Below are positions 59,925 to 64,000 of a stretch of DNA of 64,000 nt, one piece after another. Within the stretch, counting starts at the first letter, position 1, and every line of letters starts with the position of its first letter. This stretch comes from Candidatus Thorarchaeota archaeon (lineage in GTDB: Archaea; Asgardarchaeota; Thorarchaeia; Thorarchaeales; Thorarchaeaceae): positions 1 to 64,000 of the forward strand of contig JBHLRZ010000017.1 of assembly GCA_048882045.1 (NCBI GenBank). Direction: 5' to 3'. The translations under genes and the position numbers were made by a program. The notes beneath the pieces were generated by a model that was not told the origin of the DNA, made no database searches, and saw only the letters and a program-made list of their open reading frames with translations.

Positions 59925-60688
59925 TGGCAGAGTTCAAACATCACATCGAGGTCAATGATCTATCGACATGGTTCGGAAAGAAAGCCATTCTGAAGAATAT
60001 CTCATGCTATTTCGAAGATAACTCTGTAACAGCAATCATGGGTCCGTCTGGTTGTGGGAAGAGTACGCTTCTTCGTACATTAAACCGTCTCAATGATTTG
60101 GTTCCTAGTTTTCGTAGGGAGGGCCAAGTGTTTTTCAATGGGGTGGATATCTACGAAGCAGGTTACAGTGTCTACGATTTGAGGAAACAGATAGGTATGG
60201 TCTTTCAACGGCCAAATCCATTCCCAATGAGCATCTATGATAACATTGTCTATGGACCAAAGTTGCACGGGGTGAAGGATGAGGACGAGCTTGACAAAAT
60301 CGTTGAAACCTCATTGAAGAAAGCTGCTTTATGGCAAGAAGTGAAGGATGATTTAGAGAAACCTGCTCCAAATCTCTCAGGTGGACAACAGCAGAGATTG
60401 TGCATTGCTAGAGCTTTGTCTGTCGATCCACCTGTTTTGTTGGCTGATGAACCTGTATCTGCTTTGGATCCGATCAGTGCAGCCAAGATTGAGGAGCTCA
60501 TTATCGAGTTAAAGAAAGACTACACAATAATCTTGGTCACTCACAATGTTCAGCAAGCTTTCAGAGTGTCAGATAATTCTGCATTCTTGTACTTGGGAGA
60601 ACTAGTGGAGTTTGATAGAACGAAGAGGATACTAGAAGCACCAGCTGATGAGAGAACCGAGGCATTCATTACTGGTAGAATAGGATAG
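59924..60688 (+). CDS. pstB: Phosphate ABC transporter ATPase
   Basis: GPSGCGKST, 'FQRPNPFPMSIYDN', LSGGQQQR. Confidence 0.95.
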   Translation: MAEFKHHIEVNDLSTWFGKKAILKNISCYFEDNSVTAIMGPSGCGKSTLLRTLNRLNDLVPSFRREGQVFFNGVDIYEAGYSVYDLRKQIGMVFQRPNPFPMSIYDNIVYGPKLHGVKDEDELDKIVETSLKKAALWQEVKDDLEKPAPNLSGGQQQRLCIARALSVDPPVLLADEPVSALDPISAAKIEELIIELKKDYTIILVTHNVQQAFRVSDNSAFLYLGELVEFDRTKRILEAPADERTEAFITGRIG

Positions 60689-60697
60689 GTGATAATT

Positions 60698-61384
60698 ATG
60701 GGTTCAAGATTAGAGTTCTATTTGGAGGAAATCGAGGAGCGACTCAGGAAGTTATACAAGATGACTGCAAAGTCTCTGATTGACTCCATGGAAGCATTCA
60801 AACAACTTGACCAAGACCTGGCACATAAAGTCAAGGAGCTGTCAGAAGAGATCGAAACTCTTTCGGAGAATATCGAAGAGAATGTGTTTGAGACAATCGG
60901 CCGCAGACAACCCGTTGCAAGAGACCTTCGCAGGCTTTCAGTCTATCTCCAGATCTCACACAGTCTTTTCCGAATTGGGAGATACTCTTACAAGATAGCT
61001 CACATCACTGACCTATGCGAGAAACTGGAGCATTTCAAAGAACTGCAGTCACTCCCCTACCTTGCTGAGCTAGCAATCAAGACTCTTGACATTGCTATGG
61101 CTGGGATACTTGATGAAGATTTGTCGAAGATTGATGAACTGGAAAAGCTCGAAGCTGCTAGTGACAAGGAAACTTCGGAGATGTTTGAAGAGATTGTTGA
61201 TTATCTCCGAAAACGGGAAGGCATTGAAGAAATGTCATTATTTTATATCATAGTTGGACGATACTGCGAAAGAGCTGCAGACCAAGCGTTCCTGATTGCT
61301 GAGAAAGCAGTTTATATGGTGACAGGTAAACGAAAGAAACTTGGCTTAGCCTACAAAGGAGATGCAAGTCAAGCTCCTCATTGA
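60698..61384 (+). CDS. phoU: PhoU-family protein
   Basis: 'RQPVARDLR', 'RYCERAAD', position after pstB. Confidence 0.88.
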   Translation: MGSRLEFYLEEIEERLRKLYKMTAKSLIDSMEAFKQLDQDLAHKVKELSEEIETLSENIEENVFETIGRRQPVARDLRRLSVYLQISHSLFRIGRYSYKIAHITDLCEKLEHFKELQSLPYLAELAIKTLDIAMAGILDEDLSKIDELEKLEAASDKETSEMFEEIVDYLRKREGIEEMSLFYIIVGRYCERAADQAFLIAEKAVYMVTGKRKKLGLAYKGDASQAPH

Positions 61385-61408
61385 AACTAGGATAGAAGGA
61401 GGATAACT

Positions 61409-62095
61409 ATGTCATCTGAATTCGAGAATGTGGTTTCTGAAATTAAAGAAAATCTGCGTACGCTTCATCGACATGTTACAAACGCTCTAGTTCAATCGAT
61501 GCAGGCATTCGAAGATCTTGACGAAGAGTGTGCCACCCAGGCTGCCACTATAACTGAGGACATTGATCAGATTCATGCAAACATAGAAGAAACCATTTTC
61601 AGGGCAGTCGCAAAATATCAGCCAACTGATTTTTCTCTCCGGCAGATGATTGCTTTCGTGCATACATTGAACTCACTCCATAGAGTCGGACGCTATTCAA
61701 ACAAGATAGTTGAAATTGTGTATATGAGTCAAGACCTCGAGCATTTCAAGGATTTGGAATCTCTTCCATACCTCGCAGAACTTGCTGAAACCTCTCTCGA
61801 CATTGCAATGAGAGCAATTCTAGAGTCAGACCTTACTGAACTTGAGGAACTTGAGAAACTCGAGACCCAGAGTGACATCGAAACCGCGGACATGTTTGAG
61901 GAGATTGCAGACTATTTGGGAAGACGCCACGACATCAGCGAGATTGCAATGCATTATATCATTGTAGGCAGATATTGTGAACGTGCTGCTGACCATGCAT
62001 TATCTATAGCCGAGGCTGCCTACTATATGGTAAATGGAAAGCATAAGAAACTAGGTTTGAAGCACGAGACTGAATCGAAGAGTATGTTGGACTAA
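61409..62095 (+). CDS. phoU: PhoU-family protein (tandem paralog)
   Basis: 'YQPTDFSLR', 'RYCERAADH'. Confidence 0.85.
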   Translation: MSSEFENVVSEIKENLRTLHRHVTNALVQSMQAFEDLDEECATQAATITEDIDQIHANIEETIFRAVAKYQPTDFSLRQMIAFVHTLNSLHRVGRYSNKIVEIVYMSQDLEHFKDLESLPYLAELAETSLDIAMRAILESDLTELEELEKLETQSDIETADMFEEIADYLGRRHDISEIAMHYIIVGRYCERAADHALSIAEAAYYMVNGKHKKLGLKHETESKSMLD

Positions 62096-62610
62096 GCTTT
62101 TGTACTTCGGATCTCTCTAACAAGCTCCTCAAAAGCTTCGTTGACATGTTGGTTCTCTAAGGCGCTTGTCCGAATCCACTTCAGACCCCGGGCTTCTAGT
62201 ACTCCCGTGATCTGTTCATCAGTGATAACAGCTTCTAGATCGATCTTGTTCTCTACTGCAACAACAGGAATCTGCCCTGTAGCGGAATAGAGGGAATTCA
62301 GCCAGTCATCAATGTGCTGTAGGGTTTCCACACGTGTCCTATCGAAGACAAAGAATGCTCCAGATGCTTGAGCACAATACTGCTCCCTTAACGCTGCAAA
62401 GGCCACTTGCCCTCCCAGGTCCCAGACGACCAGCTTATGTTTCAGTCCTTCAACATCAACTATCTTCACATGAATCATTGCACCAATAGTCCGTCCAATC
62501 TCTGGATCAAAGCTATCATACATATAACGTTGGACCAGTGATGTCTTGCCTACCCCTGTGTCTCCTAGGAAAACGAGCTTGTGAACGAAGTCGACGTCAT
62601 CTGCAGCCAT
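62092..62610 (-). CDS. Rab-like small GTPase
   Basis: G1 GDTGVGKT, G3 WDLGGQ, G4 NKID, G5 TSAL. Confidence 0.92.
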   Translation of the reverse strand: MAADDVDFVHKLVFLGDTGVGKTSLVQRYMYDSFDPEIGRTIGAMIHVKIVDVEGLKHKLVVWDLGGQVAFAALREQYCAQASGAFFVFDRTRVETLQHIDDWLNSLYSATGQIPVVAVENKIDLEAVITDEQITGVLEARGLKWIRTSALENQHVNEAFEELVREIRSTKA

Positions 62611-62623
62611 TTCTTTTCCCCCA

Positions 62624-63172
62624 TTACACAGTCCTCTTTTCACGACTCTTCTCAAGAATCTCCCGGGTCATCTTCTGGAATGCTTCTTCTACATTCATGT
62701 CTTCCTTAGCACTAGTTTTTATTATCTCCACACCGTGGGCTTCAATGACAGCATCACGAGCACCATCGGTGATCTCACTCTCGAGGTCAACCTTATTCTC
62801 TAGGAGAACGAGTGGAATCTTACCAGTGACTGTGAAAAGTGCGTTCAACCAATCATCGACACGTTCGATGGTATCAGGTCTTGTTGTGTCGAAGACAAAG
62901 AATGCTCCAGAAGCGTTCTGGTAGTATGCTCGTCTGAGCTGCGCGAAGTTGTCTTGGCCAGCTATGTCCCAGATTACAAGCTTGACCGTAGTATCACCGA
63001 CCTTCTGCATCTTGATGTGAATGTCAGTCCCTATGGTTGCGAGATAGTCCCCTTCGAAGCTCTCATAGACGAACCTTCCGACAAGGCTTGTCTTTCCAAC
63101 GGCCCCCTCGCCAAGAAAGACTATCTTCAACAGGTAATCAGCAGTTTCAGGCAGGTTTCTAACGCTCCGCAT
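62624..63172 (-). CDS. Rab-like small GTPase
   Basis: G1 GEGAVGKT, G3 WDIAGQ, G4 NKVD, G5 TSAK, RabF-like 'KLVIW' and 'YYQNA'. Confidence 0.93.
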   Translation of the reverse strand: MRSVRNLPETADYLLKIVFLGEGAVGKTSLVGRFVYESFEGDYLATIGTDIHIKMQKVGDTTVKLVIWDIAGQDNFAQLRRAYYQNASGAFFVFDTTRPDTIERVDDWLNALFTVTGKIPLVLLENKVDLESEITDGARDAVIEAHGVEIIKTSAKEDMNVEEAFQKMTREILEKSREKRTV

Positions 63173-63284
63173 CGCTCAGAGGCACTCTTGGTACTTGAGA
63201 AGGGCAATCACCTAATAATAATATCGGGCGTAATCAAAAACCAGAAAAGGGACACAGCTTCCAGCAAGTCCAAGGGCGACTGAT

Positions 63285-64000
63285 ATGGACATAGGAACTT
63301 TCGCACGCAATAACGAACAGGTTAGCTCAGCCATTGAGAAAGAGCCGGACTTTGTCGATCTGAGGATGGATCTGAACCACAGTATCGATTTCGCCGAAGC
63401 CAAGAGGGACCTAAACCGTGCTGGAATTCCATGTACACTTCACCTACCAAGTAATCCTGATTGGAAACCGATCGAACTATCGCGAGGTATTGTACCCTAC
63501 ATCGACCTTGGTCGCCAGATAGATGCAGAGATAGTCACCTTTCACACTATGCTCTCTACACTCTTCTATGATGACTATGACATTGACGTCTTTCTGCAGG
63601 CGATTCCATTAGCCTGCGAAACTGCAACTGAGTCCGGTGTTAAACTAGCAATAGAAACTCTCGGACTATACTACACTGAACTGCAGCTTCTCTTTGATGA
63701 GTTCTGCGATATGATGCTCGCTCTTGATATTGGGCACGGTCAAATATTAGCAAAACGAAACAGGGCGCTCGACCACATCAGCTCTTTCTATGAGAAGATA
63801 GAGATTGTCAATGTGCATGACAACCATGGGTCGAAGATGCTTGATGATGTGTTGGAGATGAGGAAGGAAAGAAACGTGACACAGGGTGAGATCAGAGAAC
63901 TTGCAGTACGATATGACACCCACCTCCCAATTGGAGAAGGAGAAATCGACTTTGATCTAATATTCAAGGAGCTCAAACGCCGAGGTTATAATGGCCGATT
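63285..64000 (+). CDS. AP endonuclease 2 / xylose isomerase-like TIM barrel (3' truncated)
   Basis: Own translation gives 'TLHLP', 'TFH', 'LAIET', 'LDIGH', 'VHDNHG', 'DTHLPIGEGEIDF'. Confidence 0.85.
   Translation, partial: MDIGTFARNNEQVSSAIEKEPDFVDLRMDLNHSIDFAEAKRDLNRAGIPCTLHLPSNPDWKPIELSRGIVPYIDLGRQIDAEIVTFHTMLSTLFYDDYDIDVFLQAIPLACETATESGVKLAIETLGLYYTELQLLFDEFCDMMLALDIGHGQILAKRNRALDHISSFYEKIEIVNVHDNHGSKMLDDVLEMRKERNVTQGEIRELAVRYDTHLPIGEGEIDFDLIFKELKRRGYNGR

Noticed and set aside
1-64000. Numerous 60-190 aa antisense or overlapping ORFs in the ORF track (e.g. 734-1147, 12419-12919, 30244-30825, 49855-50232)
   Set aside because: They are shadows of well-supported genes in another frame or strand, with no motifs of their own.
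1-64000. CRISPR array, tRNA/rRNA, IS element or provirus
   Set aside because: No repeat-spacer periodicity, cloverleaf, transposase, integrase or capsid gene was seen by eye.

Overview
Gene-dense, roughly 43-45% GC (by eye) chromosomal segment of an Asgard archaeon, most likely Thorarchaeia. This is inferred from a single-domain gelsolin, tandem Rab-like GTPases, a DUF106/EMC3-like insertase, geranylgeranyl reductase, KaiC-family ATPases, HEAT/TPR proteins and C-terminally anchored surface proteins. About 65 CDSs are called, including a MoxR-VWA pair, DDAH, two amidohydrolases, a histidine-kinase-less cluster of three receiver proteins plus three KaiC-like proteins and a TPR protein, CorA, PfkA, an orphan amino-methyltransferase and a full pstSCAB-phoU-phoU operon. 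I saw no rRNA, tRNA, CRISPR array or mobile element. The most unusual signal lies at 13-21 kb, where five intergenic gaps are filled with nested, G-U-containing, strand-polarised helices. These are candidate large non-coding RNAs of about 370 nt (+, 13.86-14.29 kb), about 320 nt (-, 16.11-16.43 kb, behind three phased Lrp-type operators), about 220 nt (18.56-18.78 kb) and about 570-870 nt (+, 20.0-20.9 kb, directly upstream of the REC/KaiC cluster), plus a long hairpin at 13.0 kb. I do not recognise them as RNase P, SRP, introns or known riboswitches. All structures were paired by eye and need folding, covariation and RNA-seq tests.
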